Below, one piece after another: positions 29,484 to 37,739 of a stretch of 64,000 nucleotides of DNA (position 1 is its first letter; every line of letters begins with the position of its first letter). Position numbers and translations under genes: made by a program. Origin of the DNA: Clostridia bacterium (GTDB lineage Bacteria > Bacillota > Clostridia > Monoglobales > Firm-18); contig JAZQIO010000088.1 of NCBI GenBank assembly GCA_045541135.1, positions 12,136 to 76,135 of the forward strand, read 5' to 3'. Under the pieces are notes generated by a model that was not told the origin of the DNA, did not search any database, and saw only the letters and a program-made list of their open reading frames with translations.

Positions 29484-30812
29484 TTAAAATGCAACTTTCA
29501 TAAACAATGCTACACAGCAAAGAATTACTGCACATAAAACATACAGAAATTTGCCGCTGTAATACCATATATTGCCGTGTGGTTTTGATGTTGCTTTATT
29601 AATCTCTTTAAGTAAATCCTTCTTTTTCATAACCCAGAACCAGGATATTGCACCAAGTGTTGCACCTATTGGAATAATGTAAATTGAAACAATATCCATC
29701 CAGGGACCCCACTTGAAGATTGGTTCCATACCAAGACCAAAGCCTAGGCAAATAATGCTTATTAGCACAAGAACTGCAATTCTTCCAAGCTTTGGAAAAC
29801 GGTTCTGCAATGATTCGCCAACTGCTTCAAACATATTTTGAAGTGAGCTTATACCTGCAAAAATCATTGCTACATACAAAAATATCGCAAATACCTGACC
29901 AAATGGAATATCCTGAAGTATGCGTGGCAATGTAACAAATAAAAGCGACGGACCTGCACCAACATCAAGACCGTATGCAAAGCAGGCAGGAATAATAACC
30001 AAAGCCGCAACCATAGCCGCTATTGTATCAAACAATGCTGTACGCCATGCAACACCAACTACATTTTCTTTATTACTTAAATATGCGCCGTAAACTATCA
30101 TACCGCTACCGGTTACAGATAGCGAAAAGAATGCCTGACCCATAGCCCACACCCATGTCATTGGATTTGCAAGAACCGACCAATCGGGTGTAAACATAAA
30201 CTTGTAGCCTGCTGCCGCACCGGGCAAAAATGCAACACGTACAGCAAGAATTACAAATACAATAAAAAATACGGGCATCATAATTTTATTGGATTTTTCA
30301 ATACTTTTTGCACTGAAAAGAAGTGTTAAAATTGTACCTGCTACCACAATTACATGGAACGGAACAACAGAAAATGAGGTGGTTGAAAAGCTTTCAAACC
30401 AAGCGCCTGTATCTACTGCCATAAGTTCACCTGTAAGCGAGCTCCAGAAGGCCTTACAAACATAGGAAATAATTACTGCATATCCGATTGCTATACACAT
30501 TGAACCTGCAAGCGGAAGCCAACCAAGTATACCACCTGCATTGCCCATACCCTTGCCTCTTGTTGCCCACGCATTTTTATAAGATCCAAGTGTACCGGTT
30601 TTTGAACGTCTGCCTATTGCATATTCGGCAGATAGCCCAACCGTGCTGAATAGTATAATGAAGAACAGATATGCAACCAAAAATGCTCCTCCGCCATTTG
30701 CACCCATTTTTGCAGGAAAACCCCAGACATTTGCCATACCTACTGCAGAACCTACTGCAGAAAGTACAAAACCCCAACGGTTTGAAAATTTCAACTGTTT
30801 ATTTTGTGACAT
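29484..30812 (-). CDS. Sodium-dependent transporter, neurotransmitter:sodium symporter (SNF) family
   Basis: 442 aa. RWGFVLSAVGSAVGMANVWGFP is the NSS TM1 signature. About 11-12 TM helices. Confidence 0.9.
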   Translation of the reverse strand: MSQNKQLKFSNRWGFVLSAVGSAVGMANVWGFPAKMGANGGGAFLVAYLFFIILFSTVGLSAEYAIGRRSKTGTLGSYKNAWATRGKGMGNAGGILGWLPLAGSMCIAIGYAVIISYVCKAFWSSLTGELMAVDTGAWFESFSTTSFSVVPFHVIVVAGTILTLLFSAKSIEKSNKIMMPVFFIVFVILAVRVAFLPGAAAGYKFMFTPDWSVLANPMTWVWAMGQAFFSLSVTGSGMIVYGAYLSNKENVVGVAWRTALFDTIAAMVAALVIIPACFAYGLDVGAGPSLLFVTLPRILQDIPFGQVFAIFLYVAMIFAGISSLQNMFEAVGESLQNRFPKLGRIAVLVLISIICLGFGLGMEPIFKWGPWMDIVSIYIIPIGATLGAISWFWVMKKKDLLKEINKATSKPHGNIWYYSGKFLYVLCAVILCCVALFMKVAF

Positions 30813-30849
30813 AAATTTAATTCCTTTCTACACTGAATCATTTTAAAAA

Positions 30850-31677
30850 TTATATTTCAGACAACTCACTGAAGTCGCCTTCTTCAAATCCCACCGATGT
30901 CAGAATTTTTTCTGTTTCAGCTATATTTCCTATATATTCTTTATGAGAATCCGAACCGTAAGTTACAGGTATTCCCATTTCAAACTGTTCTCTTAAAAAC
31001 TCTGCGTATTGTATACGGAATTTTTCGCTTGTTTTTGGTGAACATAAAATACCGTAATTACATTCCACATATTTTTTATTTTCTTTAACTGCCGCGGCAA
31101 CATCCATCTTCATGGAACGTGGAATTACAGAAAAATCATCATACCAAAGTGCCTGACCGTTATACCAGGGATGTCCAAGAATTGTAACCCTTTCATCACA
31201 TGCAAGCCACATTTGCTGACGGTACCATTCCTTTATAGAAGCATCTATATCATCTTTTATAAATTTACTTCCCGGGCTGTCAACTCTCCAATGAGCAGCA
31301 CCTATTGTATAGCGTACACCTGCATTTAAAAGCTGTTCCTTTGTAAGTGCAAGTTCTATGTCATAAGGTTTATCTGTAAGTGGTGCAACATATCCTTCAT
31401 TTGAACCGTATTTTTCAATATAGTCATATTCAGGCTTTTCAATTGGTGTTAATTCAACACCCAAAACAACTTCAGGATATTTAGCCTGATGCTCCTTAAC
31501 ATAATAAACGGATTTTTCGAAATCACTAAGAAACTTCCTATCATTATAGTTTACGTGGTCCGTAACGCCAATGTTTACAAAACCAAATTCCCTCGTTTTC
31601 GCTACAATATCATCCAATGTTAGTGTCGCATCATATGAACACTCTGTGTGAATATGCCAGTCTGATTTTATAATCAT
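30850..31677 (-). CDS. PHP-domain metal-dependent phosphoesterase
   Basis: 275 aa. DWHIHTECSYD N-terminal motif, plus later GVTDH and SDSH motifs. Confidence 0.7.
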   Translation of the reverse strand: MIIKSDWHIHTECSYDATLTLDDIVAKTREFGFVNIGVTDHVNYNDRKFLSDFEKSVYYVKEHQAKYPEVVLGVELTPIEKPEYDYIEKYGSNEGYVAPLTDKPYDIELALTKEQLLNAGVRYTIGAAHWRVDSPGSKFIKDDIDASIKEWYRQQMWLACDERVTILGHPWYNGQALWYDDFSVIPRSMKMDVAAAVKENKKYVECNYGILCSPKTSEKFRIQYAEFLREQFEMGIPVTYGSDSHKEYIGNIAETEKILTSVGFEEGDFSELSEI

Positions 31678-31786
31678 ATTATCCGCTCCTTTATTTCAAA
31701 TTTTATATTAAAAATACTGTATTATAAATATGCAACTCTAATTTATTATGATTTTATCATGTCAAGGACAAAAAATCTTCATACTC

Positions 31787-32125
31787 TTATTTATTAAAAA
31801 ACTCATTCACATTGTACTCTTTATAGTTGTCTTCATCAACGGGATATGAATAATATATTGAAAATTCTGTTTCTGATAACCATTTGCTTGAAAAAGGAAC
31901 TGTTCCAAGCTTATACCATTTTGAAAACAAGCCTTTTTCCTTTATGTAAAAAGCACCACCATATCCGAAAGCACCTTTATCTATCCACCAACTAACTATT
32001 TGATAATCTCCATTTGGAGATTCATTTACAATAATTTCAAAACTTAAAAGGTCAAAAATCCCAAATGATAGCATTGCGAAAACAAGTGTGATTACTAATA
32101 CAACACCCAAAATTTTCTTTTTCAT
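31787..32125 (-). CDS. Small membrane-anchored hypothetical protein
   Basis: 112 aa. N-terminal TM/signal anchor. AAGGAG RBS 8 nt upstream of the ATG. Confidence 0.6.
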   Translation of the reverse strand: MKKKILGVVLVITLVFAMLSFGIFDLLSFEIIVNESPNGDYQIVSWWIDKGAFGYGGAFYIKEKGLFSKWYKLGTVPFSSKWLSETEFSIYYSYPVDEDNYKEYNVNEFFNK

Positions 32126-32197
32126 TGTTATATCTCCTTTACCTCATATTCGCCATACATACTATAAAGACTATATAATCCTGATGCCAAGTTTTTT

Positions 32198-32376
32198 AAT
32201 GAATTGACAACTCCGTTGTCGTGAATTGACTATGTCATGAATTCTCGCTTTGCTCCATGAATTGAATTGCCTTTACAATGCACCGCAAGGTGCAATTCAT
32301 GAGCCGCAGGCTCAACTCATGAAATCTTTGATTTCGATTCATGCCAAAGGCAATTCATTGCGGTCTAAAGACCGCA
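32198..32376. repeat. Non-coding array of 8 short motifs (4x TGAATTG-type, then 4x CAATTCA-type) interleaved with different mini-palindromes
   Basis: Motifs at 32198, 32221, 32237 and 32257 (forward) and at 32293, 32313, 32335 and 32351 (reverse complement). Mini-hairpins between them: GACAAC-tcc-GTTGTC, GAC-tat-GTC, TGCACC-gcaa-GGTGCA, GAGCC-gca-GGCTC, GAAATC-ttt-GATTTC, GCC-aaa-GGC, TGCGGTC-taaa-GACCGCA. There is no ORF in any frame. Confidence 0.7.
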
Positions 32377-32422
32377 TATGATTTTGTCAAGTTAGTGATA
32401 AAAATGTAAATAAATAAAAAGT

Positions 32423-33223
32423 TTACGGTCTGAGACCCATGCCACCTTCAAGGGTTAGGGTTTCTCCGTTCATATATTTAAAATCAGGGGAAGCAAGTTG
32501 CACACAAACTCTGCCGATTTCAAGTTCAGAATCTCCGAAATGACCTGCCGGCGGAATTTTTACATTTGCCTTAAATGCGTCAGGATATGCTTTTTCGAAA
32601 TTCTCAAGCTGGGCAGTCCATGCAAGAGGACAAACAACATTTGTATTTATTCCATCCTTTGCCCATTCGGTTGCAGCAACACGACTTAGTCCGCGGATAG
32701 CCTCTTTTGCAGCCGCATACGAACATTGGCCATAATTACCAAAAAGTCCTGCCCCTGATGCAAAGTTTATAACGCTTCCCTTTGTTTCTTTAAGGTATGG
32801 ATAGCAGGCTTTCATATAATAAAATGTTGCATATACACCTGAATACATAGCAAGATTAAACTGTTCTGTTGTATGTTCCTGAATAGTGACACCTGATGCC
32901 GATGCTTGGGCATTATTAATAAGAACATCTATCCTTCCAAAAGTTTCAATCGTTTTTCCAACAACTTCTTTTGCGATTGATTCATTATCATTTCCCTCTG
33001 AAATATCTGCAGGAAGTGCTAATACCTTTATGCCATATAGTTTTTCAAGCTCTTCCTTTGCCTTTTCAAGCTTGGCAGTATTTCTGCCTGTAATAACAAG
33101 ATTTGCCCCTTCCTTAGCATAAGCGGTAGCAATTCCATATCCAATGGAACCGCATTTCCCATCCGAAAGAATCGCATATCCTGCACCAGTAATAAGTGCC
33201 GTCTTACCTTTTAAAAAACTCAT
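32423..33223 (-). CDS. SDR-family oxidoreductase
   Basis: 266 aa. Gly-rich N-terminus (ITGAG...GSIGYGIA), NNAQ, catalytic YAAAK. Confidence 0.85.
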   Translation of the reverse strand: MSFLKGKTALITGAGYAILSDGKCGSIGYGIATAYAKEGANLVITGRNTAKLEKAKEELEKLYGIKVLALPADISEGNDNESIAKEVVGKTIETFGRIDVLINNAQASASGVTIQEHTTEQFNLAMYSGVYATFYYMKACYPYLKETKGSVINFASGAGLFGNYGQCSYAAAKEAIRGLSRVAATEWAKDGINTNVVCPLAWTAQLENFEKAYPDAFKANVKIPPAGHFGDSELEIGRVCVQLASPDFKYMNGETLTLEGGMGLRP

Positions 33224-33342
33224 TTTAATTTCTCCTTTTTATTTTTTATAGAATAGATAATTTACTCTACATTTTATTTTTTAGTTTGTTACAATTCAAC
33301 ATCTTTCCGTTTATGCTCGTATCATAATCGGAACAAAAATAA

Positions 33343-34098
33343 TTATTTTTTCGCAATAACTATGGGTTGATAAAAACCTGTTTCTTCAGGGAATTTCCAT
33401 ATCACACTACTACACCCGTCAGCGAGAAGTAAGTTAGTAAGTTCTTCCCTGCGGACCGCCCTGTATTCACATTCAAATTTACTTGTTTTTAAAGATATAT
33501 CGTCTTCAATAATATACTGAGTAAGTTTGTAATTATCTCCATTCCAATTCCAGGTTTGAAAAGATACCCTCTGCCCTTTTTCCGTTTTATGTATATATGG
33601 TGCAGAATATGGCGGCTTATTTTCAAGCAATGCATCATAATCTCTGATACTTGCAACAAACATACCGCCCGATGCCATTTGGTTTGTTATACTCTTGATT
33701 GCCATTTCCATATCATTTTTTGTAAGCATATGCGGAAGTGCATTATCCATGGCAATAACAATGTCAAAATTCTTAGAAAAGGATGTTGATAACGTGCGAA
33801 AGTCGGCATTTTTAAAACAAATCTTCACATTATTTTCTATAGCTCGCCGTCTTGCTTCCTCAAGCTCTGCATCACTTATATCAGAAGCTGTTACATTATA
33901 TCCCAAAGTGGCAAGTCCTACTGCTTGTGTTCCAATGCCACAGGCACAATCAAGAAGTTTGGATTTTTCATCATATCCGTTATCTTTAAATAACTTATCT
34001 AAAATTATGGATTGTTCTTTTATTGTGGCTTTCCAATCAAGAAAAAGTTTATCATATTGCGAAGCCAGATTATCATAAAAGCTCTGTATGATATCCAT
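33343..34098 (-). CDS. Class I SAM-dependent methyltransferase
   Basis: 251 aa. Motif I LLDCACGIGTQA. Overall resemblance to small-molecule (glycine/sarcosine-type) N-methyltransferases. Confidence 0.75.
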   Translation of the reverse strand: MDIIQSFYDNLASQYDKLFLDWKATIKEQSIILDKLFKDNGYDEKSKLLDCACGIGTQAVGLATLGYNVTASDISDAELEEARRRAIENNVKICFKNADFRTLSTSFSKNFDIVIAMDNALPHMLTKNDMEMAIKSITNQMASGGMFVASIRDYDALLENKPPYSAPYIHKTEKGQRVSFQTWNWNGDNYKLTQYIIEDDISLKTSKFECEYRAVRREELTNLLLADGCSSVIWKFPEETGFYQPIVIAKK

Positions 34099-34183
34099 AC
34101 GGATACTCCTTTCAGCATTTCAATTTTTAGTCAAATTACGACATCCTTACTGTAAAAAATCATACTGATATCTTTTTTTAAAA

Positions 34184-35332
34184 TTATATACAATAAATAA
34201 CTGCGGCAAGTCTTTTGGCGGATTCACCCACAGACTTAAGTTCAATATATTCATTAATGGAATGAATGTTACGTCCCTCTGTACCGATGCAGTCAACACA
34301 CGGGATTTTGCATTCTGTTACGTATGCCGCATCAGAACCGCTAAGGTTTTTTCTTGCCTTTAATACAGGCAAGTCATTTTCCGAATATATTTCATTCATT
34401 ATTTTCAAAAGTTCATAATTTTTTTCCGAATAAGGCATTGCAGGTCGGTAGCTTACTTCCTTTGCTATACAACTGCAGCCCTCTACATATGTGGTATTTG
34501 CAACCTTGTCCAGGTATTTTCTTGCTTCTGAAAGCTCCTCAGGTGTAGAAAAGCGAATATCTGCATAAAATGTACATTTTTCCGCAACGGTATTTGGTGT
34601 TGTGCCACCGTATATAACACCGCAATTACATGTAGTACCATCGGGGTTTTTTAGTTTTTCAAGTTCTATTATTTTATATGCAGCCTCTGCAACTGCATTT
34701 GCCGCCTCATGACAACGTGATGAATGCAGTGCCTTACCCTGCACATCAAACAAATAGCGAAGTATCCCTTTGCGTTCAAGCACCAAAGTATTTTTTACAT
34801 AGCCTTCCAAATTTAAAAATGCAATGGAATTTTCAGCTCTTTTACAGATATAATTTATGGTTGCCCTTCCACTTAAGGAGCTTCCCACTTCTTCATCAGA
34901 CTGCAACAAAAGCTGTACGGGACGTGAGTTAAAACCACATTGTTCCAATGCATCCATAGCTAAAAGTGCCGCAACGGTACCACCCTTACAATCCATAACA
35001 CCCGGGCCGTACATATTATTTTCATCACGTCTTACTGCAGGGTTACCAAATGAGCCAACAGGATGTACAGTATCCATATGTCCTGAAAGGCTTACAGGGT
35101 TACCCTCTGCATCGGGATTTAAGGTAATGCACACAACATTACCCGAAACAGGCTGTTCAAAAATCTCTACTTTCCAACCACGCTTTTCGGCAAAATCGAC
35201 GAAGTAATTTCCAACAGCATCAACGCCCTCTTTGAAGCTGGTGGGACTTTCTATATTACACACCTCTTCAAGCACATCAATATACTTTTCGCTAAGCTCA
35301 TCAATTTTTTTAAAAAGCAATTCACATTTCAT
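34184..35332 (-). CDS. M20-family metallopeptidase / amidohydrolase (ArgE/DapE/CPG2-like)
   Basis: 382 aa. SGHMDTVH, MDCKGG and SDEEVGS metal-ligand motifs. Confidence 0.8.
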   Translation of the reverse strand: MKCELLFKKIDELSEKYIDVLEEVCNIESPTSFKEGVDAVGNYFVDFAEKRGWKVEIFEQPVSGNVVCITLNPDAEGNPVSLSGHMDTVHPVGSFGNPAVRRDENNMYGPGVMDCKGGTVAALLAMDALEQCGFNSRPVQLLLQSDEEVGSSLSGRATINYICKRAENSIAFLNLEGYVKNTLVLERKGILRYLFDVQGKALHSSRCHEAANAVAEAAYKIIELEKLKNPDGTTCNCGVIYGGTTPNTVAEKCTFYADIRFSTPEELSEARKYLDKVANTTYVEGCSCIAKEVSYRPAMPYSEKNYELLKIMNEIYSENDLPVLKARKNLSGSDAAYVTECKIPCVDCIGTEGRNIHSINEYIELKSVGESAKRLAAVIYCI

Positions 35333-35342
35333 TTATATCACC

Positions 35343-36866
35343 CTACCACTCGTAGTCCTTATTCATCAAATCCGATTCATACACATATAGTGTGCCATAG
35401 CTCCAGTTATAATCCGAAGCATTATGGCGGTCAAAAGTAATCCACATATACTTTGTACGTGTGCCGCAGGGAACAGGTATAATAGTGCCCCAGCCCCGAA
35501 ATCCACCATCGTCAAAATCACATTTTAAGTGTGTACATTTTGTGAAATCCTTTGCATCGTATACGTTATACTGTGCACGTTTATCAAAATTTGCACCGCA
35601 TACAAAATATCTTTTGCCTCCAACCCTTGTAAACATACCACCTGTTACGGCATCGCCAAAGGTTTTGGAAACAAACTTATAGCCCACAAAAGGCTTTTCG
35701 GATTCAAATAGAAAATAGCTGTATTTCCCGTCTTGAAGTCTGTCACTTCTACAAATTGTCATATACCATTTGCCCGATTTCTTATCAAAATACATATCCG
35801 GGTCTTCGTCGCCTTCTCTGGCGAAAAAGTCAGTATCCTTACTGCCCTCTTTTTTATCCATAAGCGTTATATCTATAACATTTATTCCAAAACGCGGGTC
35901 ATTTTCAAACTGTGCATAGCCTAAAATATGTCCGTGTGAAAATGATGCCATCCATATTTTCCAGTTATTTTCGTTTCTGTCATATATTAAAGACGATGCA
36001 ACGTCACCGCACCAGTCACCGTCCCCCATATCAAAAAGCAACACGCCTTCAAGATTAAAGTCGCAGGTTGACGGATTCCAGGAAAGTACACTCTGATACA
36101 TTTCGAAGCCAAGTCTTGAAGTCATAGTCATATAAAGCTTGCCATTTTCCATAAGTGGCTGACCGTCTTCAAAGCGTATGGGCTTCATATCAGCCTGTGA
36201 CATACCTGCATCAATATACATTTCCGTTTTTAATATTTCAACACTTCCCAAACCTTCAAAACCGACGTACAATGATACAGTTGTATTTTTGAATACACTT
36301 TCATTTTTAAGAGCAGAAAAACCCTCCAAACGAAAAAATGCAACTTTTTTAATACAATTATCATAACGAACAAATATATCAAGTCTGTCACCGTGATGAC
36401 TTGTAACAACAAGTGACATATTTTCTTTATATTCAATTTCTTCCTCTGTTACTTTTACAGCATTTCCGTCTATGGAATAAAAAAACTGTACCGCAGAACC
36501 AACACGTTTCAGAAAAACATCAAAGGCTTTACCGATTTTTTCGCAGTTAACAGACACACCGACACAGGCACCGTCACTTATGTTATTTGCAGTAACTTCA
36601 TATGTAGCAAATGGTACATACTGCCCTATAAGTCTTTTAACAAATGATTTTTCAAAAGCTTTTGCAATATACTTATTTTCACATATCGCTTCTTCAACAT
36701 TGCCCGATGATTCAATGACAGGATAGGCATTTCCCCTGTCGGTTGTAATCCAGTCCTTTGTAAACGTCATTTTAGCAAGATTAAGCTTTGTGTTTTTAAA
36801 CAGATTTACACAGAATTTACGTTTAAAAGTCATACTTTCAAATTCATTTTGTTTCATAATAATCAC
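35343..36866 (-). CDS. Hypothetical protein; the C-terminal half may be a beta-propeller glycosidase-like fold
   Basis: 507 aa with no signal peptide. The C-terminal half has Trp/Asp/Gly-rich blade-like repeats (GDEDPDMYFDKKSGKWYM, GGKRYFVCGANF). This is a weak analogy to the GH43/32/130 superfamily, not a confirmed match. Confidence 0.3.
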   Translation of the reverse strand: MIIMKQNEFESMTFKRKFCVNLFKNTKLNLAKMTFTKDWITTDRGNAYPVIESSGNVEEAICENKYIAKAFEKSFVKRLIGQYVPFATYEVTANNISDGACVGVSVNCEKIGKAFDVFLKRVGSAVQFFYSIDGNAVKVTEEEIEYKENMSLVVTSHHGDRLDIFVRYDNCIKKVAFFRLEGFSALKNESVFKNTTVSLYVGFEGLGSVEILKTEMYIDAGMSQADMKPIRFEDGQPLMENGKLYMTMTSRLGFEMYQSVLSWNPSTCDFNLEGVLLFDMGDGDWCGDVASSLIYDRNENNWKIWMASFSHGHILGYAQFENDPRFGINVIDITLMDKKEGSKDTDFFAREGDEDPDMYFDKKSGKWYMTICRSDRLQDGKYSYFLFESEKPFVGYKFVSKTFGDAVTGGMFTRVGGKRYFVCGANFDKRAQYNVYDAKDFTKCTHLKCDFDDGGFRGWGTIIPVPCGTRTKYMWITFDRHNASDYNWSYGTLYVYESDLMNKDYEW

Positions 36867-37647
36867 CCGAAAAATATTCTCTTACCGCCGTTACGACGTG
36901 CACACCAAGTGTGGGAAGTTTATCTGTGTTGTTATATATATTGCAGATTTTCTCATCATCCGCACCGGAATTTTCAGTAATCAAGTCTTTTATTTTATAC
37001 AGCGGTTCAACACACATATCCAAAGCGTATAAAACCTCTTTCTTTCCGCTGTACATATGACCACATGGGTGATAGTCGTGTGCTGTAAGGATTGTATCTA
37101 TATCCATTGAGCGAAGTTTATCAACAGCATTTATATGTTCACCGATTAAACGTATATTTGCTCCCCACTTTCCGGAACCATAAATTCCGTAAAGCTGCAG
37201 ACTGTCACCGCTGATTAATGTTTTTGTGCGGGTATCTAAAACGCCGCTTGAATCTTTGGTATGACCGGGTATTGTTACAAGTTTTAGTACGTTTAAAAAA
37301 ACGTCACCGTCTTCAAGAGCAACAACATTAAAACCGGCATATTCCTCTTTAAGCTTTGAACTGCGTGAAAGTATGCAAACATCCGGATATGTTTCCAGCA
37401 GTTTTTTAAGTCCGCCTGCGTGATCACCGTGTTTATGAGATATAAAAATATACTTAAGCATATCTTTGGTAACCTTTAGTTCTTTAAGGAAAGGTATTAT
37501 GTAATTTTCAACATCCTCATCAAAGGTTGCTGTATCAAAAAGTACTACACCCTCGGGAGTATGTACAGTATACACTGTGGTATAAATGTCCTTAAAGGGT
37601 ATTTCAAGTCTGTAAATACCATCATTTATTTTTTCGTATTTTTCCAT
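36844..37647 (-). CDS. MBL-fold metallo-hydrolase
   Basis: 267 aa. HKHGDHAGG (HxHxDH) motif. Its 3' end overlaps the next ORF by 23 nt. Confidence 0.85.
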   Translation of the reverse strand: MEKYEKINDGIYRLEIPFKDIYTTVYTVHTPEGVVLFDTATFDEDVENYIIPFLKELKVTKDMLKYIFISHKHGDHAGGLKKLLETYPDVCILSRSSKLKEEYAGFNVVALEDGDVFLNVLKLVTIPGHTKDSSGVLDTRTKTLISGDSLQLYGIYGSGKWGANIRLIGEHINAVDKLRSMDIDTILTAHDYHPCGHMYSGKKEVLYALDMCVEPLYKIKDLITENSGADDEKICNIYNNTDKLPTLGVHVVTAVREYFSGDYYETK

Positions 37648-37702
37648 TATTTAAAACCTCCGACTTATGCCGTTATTATACCATATACGAAAGTAAACTT
37701 CA

Positions 37703-37734
37703 ACAAAAAAAGTACGGCAAAAAGCCGTACTTTT
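37703..37734 (-). terminator. Intrinsic terminator after the distal giant lyase-like gene
   Basis: The - strand reads AGTACGGC-tttt-GCCGTACT followed by TTTTTTTT. Confidence 0.8.
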
Positions 37735-37739
37735 AAGTA

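Noticed and set aside
32198-32376. TGAAT / ATTCA half-sites as ArgR (ARG box) operators, given that argR is in the window
   Set aside because: ARG boxes are 18-bp palindromes with TGAAT and ATTCA about 4 nt apart. Here all forward half-sites sit in the left half and all reverse ones in the right half, 16-23 bp apart. No arginine-metabolism gene is adjacent.
32198-32376. Small peptide-coding or leader-peptide region, because of the many ATG triplets
   Set aside because: Every frame on both strands hits a stop within about 12 codons, and no ATG has a Shine-Dalgarno.
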